From the NCBI GenBank assembly GCA_012295275.1, contig CM022677.1, forward strand, positions 7,068,001 to 7,132,000: a DNA stretch of 64,000 bases, given 5' to 3'. The notes beneath the pieces were generated by a model. The model saw only the letters and a list, made by a program, of their open reading frames with translations. It was not told the origin of the DNA and made no database searches. Within the stretch, counting starts at the first letter, position 1; each line of letters begins with the position of its first letter. The position numbers and the translations under genes are program-made. This DNA comes from Chrysomallon squamiferum (taxonomy: Eukaryota; Animalia; Mollusca). This document shows, one piece after another, positions 45,417 to 62,923 of the stretch.

Positions 45417-46244
45417 TTACTTTTTACACCATGTAAATATTTGTATTTCTCCGTTGTACTCTCCCACGTACAATTTGTTGTTATCACAGCAGACAGACCA
45501 AGGTTTGGACAGTCCATCCTGGTCAGTGAGGATGACACGTGTAATGTTACCATCTCGTGATAACTGAACAACCCAATTTCTTTTATAATCACAAACAAAA
45601 ATATTTCCCTCCCTGTCACATGTAACACCTGTCAAGTGTTCCAGTTTATCTGAATCACGTGACTCCCATCTGACGTCACCTGATGACGTCACACAAAATA
45701 AACTGTTTACATTTGACACAACAAGCAGACATTGATCCTGAACTGTGAGACGTGACGGTTCGGGGATCAAATCTGCTGAGATAGAATTAATGAGCTCACC
45801 ACTGTCTGTCAGTATGTCCAAGCACTGACCATTGCACTCAGTGACCGCGAGACGGTTGTCAGGTAACGCAGCGATAAACGCATACTGTTTATCAGTTTCA
45901 ACTTTTTTCAGTTTGAAGTTTTTCAAATTTAAAAACAATATTTTACTTTCATTTGGCAGAGCAACGACAACAACAGCATCACCCGGCTGATCACGTGATT
46001 CAGCAAGACCGTATGGTGGAGAGGAAGTTTTGTATCTGTTTATCAGTGATTTTCTTTCTAAACAAAAACGTTTTACACATTCGTTGATACTATCACTAAC
46101 AACAATTTCACTTTTGTCTGCACCCGACACCAGCAAGAAAACCGGAACAGGACTGAATTTATCTTCTTGTGTTTTTATGTTAATGGTGTCTGTATGTTTG
46201 AGTGTGACCTCTTTTGTAGTGTCCACGACGTTGGTATCATCCAT
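45417..46244 (-). CDS. NHL-repeat/six-bladed beta-propeller ORF (275 aa), C-terminal part of a TRIM-like E3 ligase
   Basis: Longest non-repetitive ORF, with NHL-like blades LTGVTCDREGNIFVCDYKRNWVVQLSRDG and DGLSKPWSVCCDNNKLYVGE. An acceptor precedes 46322, with a frameshift between it and the ATG. Confidence 0.8.
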   Translation of the reverse strand: MDDTNVVDTTKEVTLKHTDTINIKTQEDKFSPVPVFLLVSGADKSEIVVSDSINECVKRFCLERKSLINRYKTSSPPYGLAESRDQPGDAVVVVALPNESKILFLNLKNFKLKKVETDKQYAFIAALPDNRLAVTECNGQCLDILTDSGELINSISADLIPEPSRLTVQDQCLLVVSNVNSLFCVTSSGDVRWESRDSDKLEHLTGVTCDREGNIFVCDYKRNWVVQLSRDGNITRVILTDQDGLSKPWSVCCDNNKLYVGEYNGEIQIFTWCKK

Positions 46245-46417
46245 GTCTGTCTGAAGAGCTTCTTCAATGTTTGAGACTTTCAGAAACAGAACTCAGAAGT
46301 GACCAGTGATCTCCCTTTTGAGCTGAAGTAAATAAATAAATAATCAATCAGTCAATTAATTAATTAATTAATTAAGATATGCCTTCAATGTGAAGGTTTA
46401 GACTTTATTATTATCAA

Positions 46418-46531
46418 CTACTTTAAAAATCTGCACAACGAATGTCCACAGTTTAACATTCGCGGCTTCTTGAAAAGTTCACTACAAATGCAGCACGAAA
46501 GATATTCATCAGATTTTGCAGCTGTTGCCAT
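46418..46531 (-). pseudogene. Truncated N-terminal RING (C3HC4) exon of the TRIM-like gene
   Basis: ttcacag|AT ATG MATAAKSDEYLSCCICSELFKKPRMLNCGHSLCRFLK*. The C-x2-C...C-G-H-x2-C pattern is present, but the distal RING cysteines, B-boxes and coiled coil are absent. Confidence 0.8.
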
Positions 46532-46776
46532 ATCTGTGAATAACAATAACAATAATAATAAATATATATATAAAATATATAACAACATAGAATAATCAGA
46601 GAAAATAAACAATAGAAAGAAAAAGGGAACTAAATAATAATAATAATAATAATAATGTTTTAATGTCACCTTTGTAAAGTTGTGAAATATTTGTATTTGT
46701 TTATACAGTATCACGTGACTAGTCTGAATATCTAAAATTTGGCTCGCCCTGTCTAAAGGGTATCAGACTGTAATAG

Positions 46777-46859
<83 letters not shown>

Positions 46860-48276
46860 TACTAATAATAAACTGCTACTACTAATAAAATGAAATAAAA
46901 AACATTTATCGACGGCATTTCGGGATGGTAACATTTATCAATAGTTTTACCAAATAAGGGATTGAATATTATGTCAGCACTGTTAATTTTAATTTAACAC
47001 TTGTTAAAATTACCTTACATATTTGTTACAAAGGTGTTACCTTTAATTATAATTTTTGTTCAATAAATTTATTTACGGATTTGTTGAAACCTAATTTAAG
47101 AAACGGAATCAGTCAACTGAAACATAATTAAAGCAGAATAATTATATTGCTATACGTTTTAAGTGCTGTGTGTGTATGTGTGTTTGTTTGTGTCTGTGTA
47201 TGTATATTTGACCGTGTGTATGTGTGTTGTGTGTATGTATGTTTGAGTGTGTATGTGTTGTGTGAGTGTGTGTGTTTGTGTTGTGTGTCTTTTAATGACC
47301 CAGATTACGCTGCAAAATGACCGTACCAAAACAAGTGAGAAAAATATGTTACCTAACTGCTGTGTAACTGAAAATTTCAACCTCCATTTCATAAAAGGGT
47401 CCGCAGGACTGTGCAAAGATTAAAATTATTAGATTACTGCAGATGTCACTAAAAACTTCGAATTCAAAGAGCAAGAGAACCAGCGTAGACAGACACATTT
47501 TAAAACTGTGTTTGTTACACAAAACTCGCCATAGCTAATTATCTTAACTGTAAAATTTAAAACTACCTTGTATAGTTCATCATCGCGTATTTTCCCGTAA
47601 AAGGATATTATGGATATTTTTACAACATATACAAAGAAACAAATGATATATATATATATATATATCCTCTATATCTGTAATTATCAATATAATCTGTGTT
47701 GTAATACTAATATTAATTTCCGACGAATATTTACTTATAAAATAAATAGACCGAAATTGCGTGTTATTGTAACAAAATATTTTAAAATCATGTAATTTCA
47801 TCTTGAGAGATATGTAAATTATGTCGCGGAATCGCATGGTCATAAAAATAAAATACCATATTTTGTCAATAATATCAGTACAACAGTAAATACAACAGTA
47901 AGTTTCGGGATAGTCCCGTTACTTTTAATAATAATATATGAAAGACTATCATTTTTCAGTGAGAAGGACATTAATTTGGGGGGAAAAAATCGTTTTTTCA
48001 ATGTACTCTGTTTTATAAGCTAATAACGTTACCGAAGGAATCCTAGTTTTCCTATTGATAATTGTACACGGTATATTAAGAATTAAATTTTAATAACGTG
48101 AATATAATTTTAATATTAATATTTTGTCTAAAGAACATATTCGTATTTAGATGTGGAGCGAAGATATTACGCTTCTGTTTAACGTTAATTTCACAAAATC
48201 ATTCATAACGTTAATGTCGTTTATAATAAAATATTTCATTTTTCAAAAACCAGTTTAATCATCTTATTTAACCTGA

Positions 48277-48530
48277 GTGTATTCTGTTTCAGCCACTGTC
48301 TCACGACATGAGTATCAGATAATTATTAATGTCTTTCTTTTTATTCACACAGTAGTAAATATAAAGACATTCTTACTGATATGTGTGCAGCATGTAGGGC
48401 GCCGTAAGCTACATTCTAATCATTACAAAATAATTGTCATGTATAAAACGAAACAAGTAGTGTTAGTCAGTTATTCATTATTCATAACTACTTTTCTAAA
48501 CTGCAAATACAGGAACTCAGTTGATGCAGG

Positions 48531-48619
<89 letters not shown>

Positions 48620-48935
48620 GAATATATTTTTTTTCTAAATAAATATATAAATAAATAAATAAACAAACAGAAACATCTGCAGTATTATTGAAATAAATAC
48701 TATATTTGTTGTAATAGAAATAACAGTATAGCCATAAAAATAATTAATTAATTATGTAAACTTTTGTCCGAAAACTTTAACATTCAGATGGATGATAGTA
48801 GTAGAAAGGTGTTGTGAAGTTATTTTTATGACAATTTTATTATTTCCTAATCTAAAAAATTGTCAAGCCATTTAACATTGTAATGTTTTCTGTGTAGCTG
48901 TTGGATCTCTGTGTCTGTCTGTATGTCAAACTATC
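48277..48935 (+). repeat. Diverged direct duplication, second copy at ~51058-51620
   Basis: Shared cagccactgtctcacgacatg...gatgcagg-(CT)n...gtcaagccatttaacatt...gctgttggatctctg. Confidence 0.85.
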
Positions 48936-49066
48936 TTTATCAATATTTGTGAATAACAATAACAATAACAATAATAATAAATATATATAAATAAATAAAT
49001 AGCAATAATAACAACAGCATCAACATAGAAAAGAAAAAAAAATACAGAAAAAGAAAAAGGGAACTA

Positions 49067-49101
<35 letters not shown>

Positions 49102-50577
49102 AATAATAAAATAAATATATAAACGTGCGTATGTAACACTATAATGTTATAAATATACTGTATAAGCTTTTCATTCTTTCAGTTTATTTTATTTATAAGA
49201 AAAAAGAAGAACTATTAAAGTGAATTACATACTTGCTAAATTTAACCTTGTGACGTAGGTTTGAGAAGGAAGACAACAGATCTACTGTAATAAGTTACAT
49301 GAAGCAAAACATAAAATAAATAAATAATGTGACATGTCCATGAATGCTGCAAGGTAATTTCGCACTATTTGTGTCATGTTACGTAACCAAGCCCACATTT
49401 TCATGATGAAACTCGTATGTGAACAATGAAAGAAACGTGACCTTCACAGAAGTAATGTATTCAGTGTAATAACAACGAAACATTTCATAGTAAACGAATG
49501 AATGACTGATTGCTGCTGAACATTATTTTATTAACGTGAACTCAACAAATTTTTAATCTGCAGTTAAATGGCTTCATTCACTGATAAAGTAATCGAGAAA
49601 GATAAATGCGACAACACATCGCCAGACACTACTTTTCTCTGACCACTGAGCCACACCCTCCACTCTAACACAAAACAATTTTGTACAGAAATTTTATTAT
49701 GAAAATAACCTAGATTACTTTTTATTTTATAATATCTTACACTAACGAAATAACAAGAACAACAACAAATAATAATAATAATAATAATAAATCTTCTTAC
49801 CTTTGTCTTAAGAAATGAACATTTTAACACCTGCAAAAAATGATCTTCTGTTCGTCTGCAATGTCAGTTTGCTGGCGGACAAATCGGTTTTGACAGACGT
49901 CACTGGGTGAGTGGAATATACCAATTTCAATAAAGGGGTGGAAATCTTGAAATGTTCTAGAACACTTTTGTTTCTTGTGAGAAAAAAATAATCGTGAAAG
50001 TTTTAAATGCTTATGGTAAAATAAACAGCACTAAAAGTAACAACTACCTTAACATAGTTAGTGCAGTTCATTAATTTTTACAATGTGTGTTAGATATGTG
50101 GTAATAATAGACGCAGCAACTGGTTTGTAGAAGGTCGGAGAAAGATAATACATTTAGACGCCAAAGTTACTTCTTCTTTAAACTTGAATAGTATCAGGTT
50201 TTTTCGTAAGATATATAAATAAACTATAATAATGAAAAACATAATTCCTTTATTATACATTTTATTTCATTCTATTTAAGATAAATAAACAAATAAAGAC
50301 AGACAGAAAGAAAGAAACGATTAAATTCATGAAATTATAATATTACGTTTTATTACTTAGCTAACACAACCAAGTATATTTCTGTTTGAATCAGAGAGCA
50401 ATTCTCAATTGTTTGGAAACAGGGAATTGAACAGGGGATTGAATATTATTTCAGGAGTGTTACTAGCTGACAAATATACGTAACTCTATTGTTTTCTAAG
50501 TATTTTAATTTAACACATCTTGCAGTTTACGTTACGTATTTGTTAGAAAGGTGTTAACTTTCATGTCATTCTTAATT

Positions 50578-50608
<31 letters not shown>

Positions 50609-51321
50609 GAGAATAGTGTCTCTGAATAAAACCGTCACACTTTTGTCATCTTGTTGATATTATGAACGAATGTTTTTTTGAACCAGATTATTTGAAAACC
50701 ATGAGCACAAAAACGTCCTACAGACCAATATGAATAATACAAGTTATCACTTCGCTGGTTTTCATAGCATTTCAGTTAGCTCGCTCGTATCGTGATGATA
50801 AACGATGCAGAACAAAGTCAAAGTATTTTCCAATGTCAGTGTTTCCAATATCAGATAGTTTAAATCATAATAATAATAATAATAATAATAATAGTACTAC
50901 CACTACTATTATTAGTACTACTACTACTACTAATAAAAAAAGTTTGGATAGAAGATTTTCTAACAACATAACTACCAATCCATAATAACAAATTCTACTC
51001 CACAAAACTGTTAATAAAAATTGCAGAATTTTTGTCTTCTTATTTAACCTGATTGTTTTCTGTTCCAGCCACTGTCTCACGACATGTGTATCAGATAATT
51101 ATTAATGTGTTTCTTTTTATTCATACAGTGGAAAACATAAGACATTCTTGATGTTACTGATATGTGTGTAACATATAGGGCGCCTGTAAGCTACATTCTA
51201 ATCATTAACAGAATATTTGTCACCTACAAAACGAAACAACATAAGTAGTGTTAGTCAGTTAGTCATTACTCATGATTACTTTTCAAAACTGCAAAGACAG
51301 AAACTTAGCTGATGCAGGGAA

Positions 51322-51401
<80 letters not shown>

Positions 51402-52527
51402 AGAAAGCGGAGGCAAAAACAAAATACTACACACCAAAGAATATAATTTTTTTCTAAATAAATGAACAAAAAACAAACAAACAAACAAAAACATTTGCAA
51501 TATTATTGAAATAAATAGCATTAATTAATAAGTAAATGGTCAAGCCATTTAACATTATAATGTTTTCAGTGTTGCTGTTGGATCTCTGCCTATGTGTCTG
51601 TGTGTCCAACTATCTTTCTCATTTTTATTTCTCACCATTAATTTCTACAAATCTCAGTACCGGCCCTGTCACCCTCCTCTTAGATTATGTGAATCAGTCC
51701 CTTGTTTAAACTAACTTGAACGTGCACAGTAAACGCAAACTCTAATATCAGGATTTACAACTAGTGTCTAAGATCTCTAGTCAGGTAGTCACGTTTCCGT
51801 GTCTCGGGTTTTCCTTTTGTTTTCTTTAACCTACCAGTTCTCTTGTTCTTACTTCTGTATTCATTATTTATTTATTTATTTATGTTTGTATTTATTTATT
51901 CGTTTCTGTGTATTCCTTTACATATTTGTTCGTTGTTTGTACGTATGAGACAGGAGATATATAAATATATATATACAGGTTGTTGTTACTGTTCTTGTTA
52001 CGTTAAAATGCATGCGTGTGTGTGTGTGCGAAAGTGATATGTATTGTAATCTATTTTAAAAAGATGACGTCACAATATTTATTTTGAGCAAACATCAGAT
52101 CTCTCGGCTTATAGGTTACGAAGTTTTAGAAAACTGAAATTAGAATAAACATAAAAAAACAAATAAATAAAATAAAATAAAATGAAACAAAAAGTTATGG
52201 TTTTGTTCCTCATCCTAAAAACAATGAAGCCTCAGTACCGGCCCTATTCCCCTCCTCTGTGATTATTGTGAATCAAAAGCGGGTAGAGAAGTAAAAAGAA
52301 AATATTTTCTAAAATTTATCACGAACGTTAATTATAAATAAATATATTAGTTAATAAATAAATAAATAGATAACAAAAGTAATTCACAGATTTATTGTTA
52401 TCAGCAGTTCTATACATTTAGTGATAGTGATAGTAAAAGTATTAGTATTAGTATTAATACTAGTAGTTGTTGCTACTATACAGTTTTGAAACCTTTATTT
52501 ATTTTTAATTAATTAATTAATTAATTA

Positions 52528-52578
<51 letters not shown>

Positions 52579-53620
52579 TAATGATTTCGTTTCGAAAGAT
52601 AAAATAGAAAAATACTTTAGCAGATGATGTTTATTCAGTTCGGATCAAACCACAATGTTTGTGATTATTATCAGTCATTTATTCTGAAAGTCTTTACTTT
52701 AGAACAAATAATAATTACAGGTATGTACGTATTTACACAACAGCAGCGCACCGCATATTGGATTAACTCACGTACGGACCTGACACTGATAAGAAATCTT
52801 TCTCTCTGCTGGCAGAACGACAAAAATCAGAAAGATCACTGACTCATAAAATACTGCGCCATGAGATATAAATCTTGTTTAAGTCTGGATATCGAATGTT
52901 ATATTAATGGATACAGAGTAAAGACTTGGTTTAACCGCCTCATTTAGCATAATTTAAAAATTAAATTTAAAAAATGATATTAATTTTTGAAAAATAATTA
53001 AAATGTGCCTAACAAATTAGTCGTCCTGTGAAGACTAAATTACTTTACTGATGGAGTGAATGTTCGGCAATAACGCGAATACAGTTTCAAAAGTGTCTTG
53101 TGTTTGTTGCGTTCTAGTGTATAAACAGGAGATACTGCTATTACATCTATTTTAGAAAGATGATGTCAAAATATTGAATTTAGTAAACATCATATCTCTC
53201 AATTTATAGGTTAGGAAGTGCTAGAAAACTGAAGTCAAATTGAATATGGAAAAAAATTAAAATAAATAAAAAATAAATATATAAAACAAAATGAAACAAT
53301 AATATATGGTTTTGTTCCTCATCGAAATTCTGAAGCCTCAGTACCGGCCCTGTTCCCCTCCTCTGTGATTATTGTGAATCAGTCCCTTGCTCCAACTAAC
53401 TCGAGCGTGAATAGAGAACAAAAGGCGAAATATGATTTGTAACTTTGGGCTTTAAAAGACAAGTTTACGGATCCCCAGTGTTTTATCCAGTTTAGTATCT
53501 AGTCACGTTTTTGAGATATCAGTTACTAAGTTTCGTTGTTTGTACGTAGTAGTCAGAGAGGGGTCAAAGATCATCCTTCGTATCTGTGAACAGAACATTT
53601 TATACAGTGTGTCATACAGC

Positions 53621-53679
<59 letters not shown>

Positions 53680-53818
53680 CAACAACAACAACAACAATAA
53701 TAATTATAATAATAACAGTAACAACAAGAACAATAAAGAAATAATAACAATAACAGTATGAACAGTAACATCAACGACACAAAAACATATGAAAATTTTT
53801 TAAAATGAACAAATAGAG

Positions 53819-53858
<40 letters not shown>

Positions 53859-53913
53859 TAGCAATAACAATAACAATAATAATAACAACAATAAGAATAA
53901 TAATAACAATAAC

Positions 53914-53946
<33 letters not shown>

Positions 53947-53949
53947 TAC

Positions 53950-54545
53950 TCAATTTCATAGACTAGGTAGTCTAAGGGAAATAACTCTGTTGCCCATTAA
54001 TAATAACATTAACAGCAATAACAAAATATAATAATGAAATGTTTTCGAATCTAGGTTTCTATTTCATTTAGTTAAGTGCTATTAAGTAATTATGACAATG
54101 AAGCGAAGTAACAATTGGTGTAACAATTTCTCAATAGCAGAACAAATAATTGGAAGACAACAACGAAAAACCTGTAACATCTAGATTGATAAAGAAAATG
54201 TGTATTTAAACTGACTATTGTTAAAGATTTTAACCCATTTAAAACGTTTAATGGATAAGTAAAGAAATTATGAAGAAATTATATTATATGTGTTTATGGT
54301 GTATTTGAGATACTGTTAATTTATTAAGCGAAGATTAAAAAAATAATAATAAAAATACGAGTATAGCAGTAGAAAAAGAAATAGTTTAAGAAACAAAAAC
54401 GAATAATCGTACTGAATTAATTAATTTCATATAATATCTGTGACATGACACGAACATGTTTTTCGTTGCGCGAGTTATTCCCCTTAGATTATAAATGTTT
54501 TTCGCTTTAACGCGATTACAAGCATTTACTAATATTTTATTCTGA
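53950..54545 (+). repeat. Diverged ~600-bp duplication (second copy 63337-64000) containing a 17-18 bp inverted repeat pair
   Basis: tctaagggaaataactc (53971) ... gagttattccccttaga (ends 54488); the same pair spans 63356-63933. Confidence 0.8.
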
Positions 54546-55185
54546 CTGTTTTGCTAAATAATAAACTAAAAGGAAGAATTAATCAACAAAATTGATTATT
54601 TATTTCAACAGTATTTATTTTAGATGATTTTGGTACATTCGATATACAGAGCGAAGTGATTGTACGTGAAGAAAGATATTAACAGATTTGTGAGAATGTT
54701 ACGATTTTTTCTTCTAACAACACGAAATAACCTATATTAAAATATTAAATCAAAAAGTAAAACAAACCAACATAAATAAATAAATAAATAAAGTAAGTAA
54801 GTAAGTAAGTAAGAACAACAGAAAAACAGTAATTATTATATAATAAAGTAACTAAAGATAAATGAAATAAGAGAATAAAAAATTGAGTTTATTATAATTT
54901 TTATTAGAAGACCTTATACACTTAGTTTTCACATTTTTAATTATGTTGCAAATTTAACAAATATTAACTGTAAAAATAAAGAAAAAATTATAAAATAACC
55001 ATAATGATACAAAAAAGTTTTACTTCATAATATATACATTTTTCTTTTCAGTCGTTATTAAAAAGACAAAACAAATAGTAAAAACAAAAATATTAAAACA
55101 ATAACATGACACCATATACGACGGTGAAATTATTAATTTTTATTATTTTCCATTTGTATTATTACTGTTTGGTTATTATCTTCTC

Positions 55186-55260
<75 letters not shown>

Positions 55261-55475
55261 CTCCTTTTTTGTAGTAAAGAAAGAAATTTAAAATAATGGT
55301 TCAAATATCAACGTTAACGGGGTGTATACGGTTTATCTATTTACAAACAAAATTGAAAACGGTAGGCGATTCAAGCTTTGTTTGGTGTTTCTTCTTGACT
55401 GAGTTATTTCCCCTTAGCATTTTTTTTTACATACCGTCAAACAATTTGAATACTGACGAAATATGAAATGATCTG

Positions 55476-58640
<3,165 letters not shown>

Positions 58641-59289
58641 AAGTAACAAAAATGAATACACTCAGCTGTTTACTTCAGATGTGACTTTTTATCAGCGACC
58701 TCTGAATGTTCATTTGTATTTGTGTAAGCCAAATACATCAGTTATATGAATAAAAATAAGAGATAGGTCACATAGTACCACGACAATTATAAAAATATAA
58801 ATCCATGTATAGAGGCTGACGCAATTTGTTTAAGTAAATAATATTACATACCAAATCAGTCAATAACACAGAAATTTTATTTGTAGTAATAATAACATCA
58901 AAAATAACAATCTCTCTCCCTCCCGCTCTTAAAAACTTACATACTAGAATTCAAAGCGTTCTTAACATTATGAAGTGGGAAGCAGACACATTTCTACATT
59001 TGCAATATATACAAGCATACAAATATAAACTATTTTCATTAATACATATACACATAACATACCTATAGCGATATGTAGTAAACATACGCACACATATTCA
59101 TTAAATTTATCTAATTTAAGCCAAATTTATTTTAATCAATATTAGGCGGCAATTATTTGTTTTTATTAAGTTTTGAAATAAATAAAATAAATAAAAACTG
59201 AGTCATCGCATTCAGGGAATTTCCTACGCTCTACAGTAGGATAGAGATAATTTTCCCGCAGTATTCTACGTCTCTGTTTCCTAGGTGAC

Positions 59290-59570
59290 TGACGAAATAT
59301 GAACTGATATTCCTAATACAGAAGGCAGTCAGCCATGACTTGTTCATATAGCTAGGTATGTTGTGTTTTACATTCTCACTCATTCTCTCACTCTTGCTCA
59401 AACTCTCTGTCTCTCTCAGACTCTGTCATTCTACCGCTCTTTCTCTCTCTCTCAGTTCTGTCTCCCACTCACTTTCTGTTCTGTCTCTCACTCCCTCTCT
59501 ACTCTCACTGTCTCTCTTCTCTCCTAACAAGATTAACAATTTTACCTACAGCAAAGTTAAATAGACACCA
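59290..59570 (+). repeat. Diverged direct duplication, second copy at ~60190-60440
   Basis: Shared cgaaatatgaactgatattcctaatac...tatagctaggtatgttg...caaagttaaatagaca. Confidence 0.8.
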
Positions 59571-59945
59571 ACAAAAAAGTAGTGAGCCAAGATACACCGT
59601 TTAACTGAAACTGAGTACAAACAAAACACACTAAGTCTGTAGTAACCCGAAGTCTATATTTGTTGTTTCTTTGAAACATGTTAAAATCTTCCTTCATTTA
59701 GAAGGAAAGAATATTTCTTTATTCCTTTAGAGCAGAAATAAAATCAAGAATTTATACTTCATGATCACTATTTATTTTTAATTAGTATTTTTCGTTATTT
59801 AAAAAAAAAAAAAATGTATTTCTACATTATTCTTTTAAACCTCAGAGTTAACAAACAACATTAGTTCTTTTATCAAATTAAAGTGTTTATTTTTTTCATT
59901 CATATATCGATGTTCATAATTCAAATATTACAATCAGTAAAACAT

Positions 59946-60056
<111 letters not shown>

Positions 60057-62810
60057 GTTTTACTTGTATATGTTTGTCTGTTTACATAAACATTTCATTT
60101 CCGTCTCAAAACATAACAATTTGAAATAAATACTCTCTTTGAATCTCTTTATAGAGATACTTTGCAAAAAATTTCACATACAAATGTGGCGAAATATGAA
60201 CTGATATTCCTAATACATCCATGATTTGAACTTATAGCTAGGTATGTTGCATTTTACATTTTACCTATACGTACATATTCAAACATTCTCTCACTCTTGC
60301 TCAAACTCTCTGTCTCTCTCAGATCTGTCATTCCACTGCTCTCTCTATCTCTTTCTGACACTCTTTCACTCCCTCTCTACTCTCACTGTCTCTCTTCTCT
60401 CGAATTAACAATTTTACCTATACCAAAGTTAAATAGACAATAGCAAAAGCAACAGCTATAGCAACATTAACAAGAAACAATAACAACAAAAATGGTAATA
60501 ATTATGAAATAAAACTATGACAAAAAATAAAGGTAGGTCAAACACACACACACATATGTTGCTGGTTTTCTGTTTTTGAACGAACATGAAATCTGTTGTG
60601 GTTTGTTTAAAATAATATATGTGTTCATGCATATATGAGATCATATAGCTGACCCAATGACTATGTAGACAAAGAAGCCTTGGAAAAATACCAACAAAGG
60701 GCTAAGAGGTGTATAGCATTTGAAAATAGCATAGCTGAATACGCAATCACTAATTTAGTGGATATCATATATTCCCACTTGAAAACTGATTTGAGTTTCA
60801 ATTTTGGATTTATAGTTATACGTTTACAGTTTCACGATTCACGCTGTGACTCAGGTGTCCCATATTGTCGAAATTAATACAGGAATAACAACCTGACGCT
60901 ACCTCGCTGCTGAATGGGTTAACCCAATGTGGTAAATGTATTGTTTGTTTTGTGTCTTGTGTGATCTTTTATTTCTTGAAAATTTGTTAATCCCCCTTTG
61001 ATTCATAACTTTTTTTTTTTTTTAGCCTATTAATCCAATCTTCTCTGTCAGTTAAAAACAGTTACTGACAGTAACAATTTAATAATTTATTCACAGGTAC
61101 TAACAACACAGTCAATAAGTATGTGTTATGTATTGGAAAGTATCGATACACAAACAAGGACACACACAGGCACTCATACACATAAACAAACACACATAGA
61201 TACACACCAAAAAAACCCAACACAGACACATAGGCATACATACAAAAATAGAGACACACAGACCACACACACAGACACACACTCACATAGATACACTCAC
61301 CTAACACAAACACATAGTCATACACCCAGTGATAGCGAAACACACACAGCCACACATGCATTCACACAAAGATACACACACTAATTTACATTGGTATTTT
61401 GTAATTTTGATAATTTAAAGTTACTGCCATACTGCAAGTTTTAGAGCTGTTGTATGAATTGTACACACTCACTCAATTTATATCACAACTACCCCTTTAA
61501 TAAAGTAATGAATATATGTCACATTTCCAACCGCATTATAGAATTAAAGATCGAATTGGCACTATGGGCCAGGTATGTCCACTTTAAGTGTATTTTACTG
61601 CAAAAGTGATTATACATAGGAATTTTTAATGAGTTGTAGATAGTGTATTGGAGTCATTGGAGCACGTGATAGAATTCAAAAGGTCAAAATATTACTACAA
61701 TTTAGCTTATACTAAGAGATTTGGAATCTTATCAAATTACTGATCAATTTCACCACATTGGACACACTGATTACAAAGTAAAAAGGCCGAATGAACTGAT
61801 TATGACTAGTTTTCTTGTCAAAAACAAATATCAAATTTCCGCAAAATCACCCTTTAGGTATGTGACATGGAGGGACTGACTCTATGGTTCAGTTATGTTT
61901 ATATTTGATTTTGTATGTATATATGTCTGAAGGATTACAATATGACGATTTCGCTCCAGGTTATGTAGCAGACAATGAACTCTATTTTCTCAAGTTAAAA
62001 ACAAATTATATTATGGTTTTATGTATTAATGTAAAGCAGAAACAAACGTTTGTTTAAATTTGCTGTTCTCTAATTTCTTGAAAATTGTAATTTAAATTTA
62101 TATTGTAAAGTTTCACACTTCTATGGTTTGTGATTGGCTTGATGCAAGACTAATCATTGTATTATGAAGCTTTTTTTACGTACTTATTTTATAAAGCATT
62201 ATTTGCTGGTGTCTATGAGTATCTGTGTATACTTGTGTGTATCGGTGTGTGTGTATGTGTGTGTGTGTCTTTGTGTATGCGTATGAGTGTGTGTTTGCGG
62301 TCTGATGTATGATTAGTAATCAGAAATTAACCACATTTCTTGACCAAACAAAATTTTAAGAAGAATAAAAGTATGTGCTATACTTTTTATCAGAGAACTA
62401 ATTCAAACTGTTAATTTAAACTTAAACTTTTGCATCTGAACATTAACTATCCATTAAATAATAATAATCATCATCATCGTCATCATCATTATTGATATTA
62501 TTATCAATATTATTATTACTACTGCTATTACTAATGCTGCATATTTTTATCATCATCATCATTATCGTCATTATTATTATTAATATTATTATTATTATTA
62601 TATTTATTTTATTTAAACAAATAACATTTATTTCAACTTATCTGTTAATGCTTAGAGTAATAAAGCAACATTACTTCTTTCATCAAATGAAAGTTTTTAC
62701 CTTTTTCATTCATGAACGCATTTTAATTTTGATAATTTAAATATTTTAATCTGTAAAAAGGTCTTGGTAAATTACGAATTTCCATTTTGATACTTTACAA
62801 CGCAAATGTA

Positions 62811-62923
<113 letters not shown>

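Larger units (their letters stand above)
44692..55475. repeat. TRIM array unit 2 (full length, ~10.8 kb)
   Basis: Its left ~790 bp (44692-45480) and right ~800 bp (54678-55475) joined together reproduce the short units. Confidence 0.88.

Noticed and set aside
5935-46533. A Helitron capturing the LRR, MCC and TRIM fragments
   Set aside because: No RepHel ORF and no hairpin-plus-CTRR terminus found; the fragments lie on both strands and are better explained by segmental duplication.
49637-49658. GGGTGTGGCTCAGTGGTCAGAG on the minus strand as a tRNA gene
   Set aside because: Only an A-box-like 5' piece; no B-box or cloverleaf follows. At most a SINE-head relic.
61062-61384. His/Thr-rich and Val/Cys-rich ORFs
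   Set aside because: They come from a degenerate (AC)n tract.
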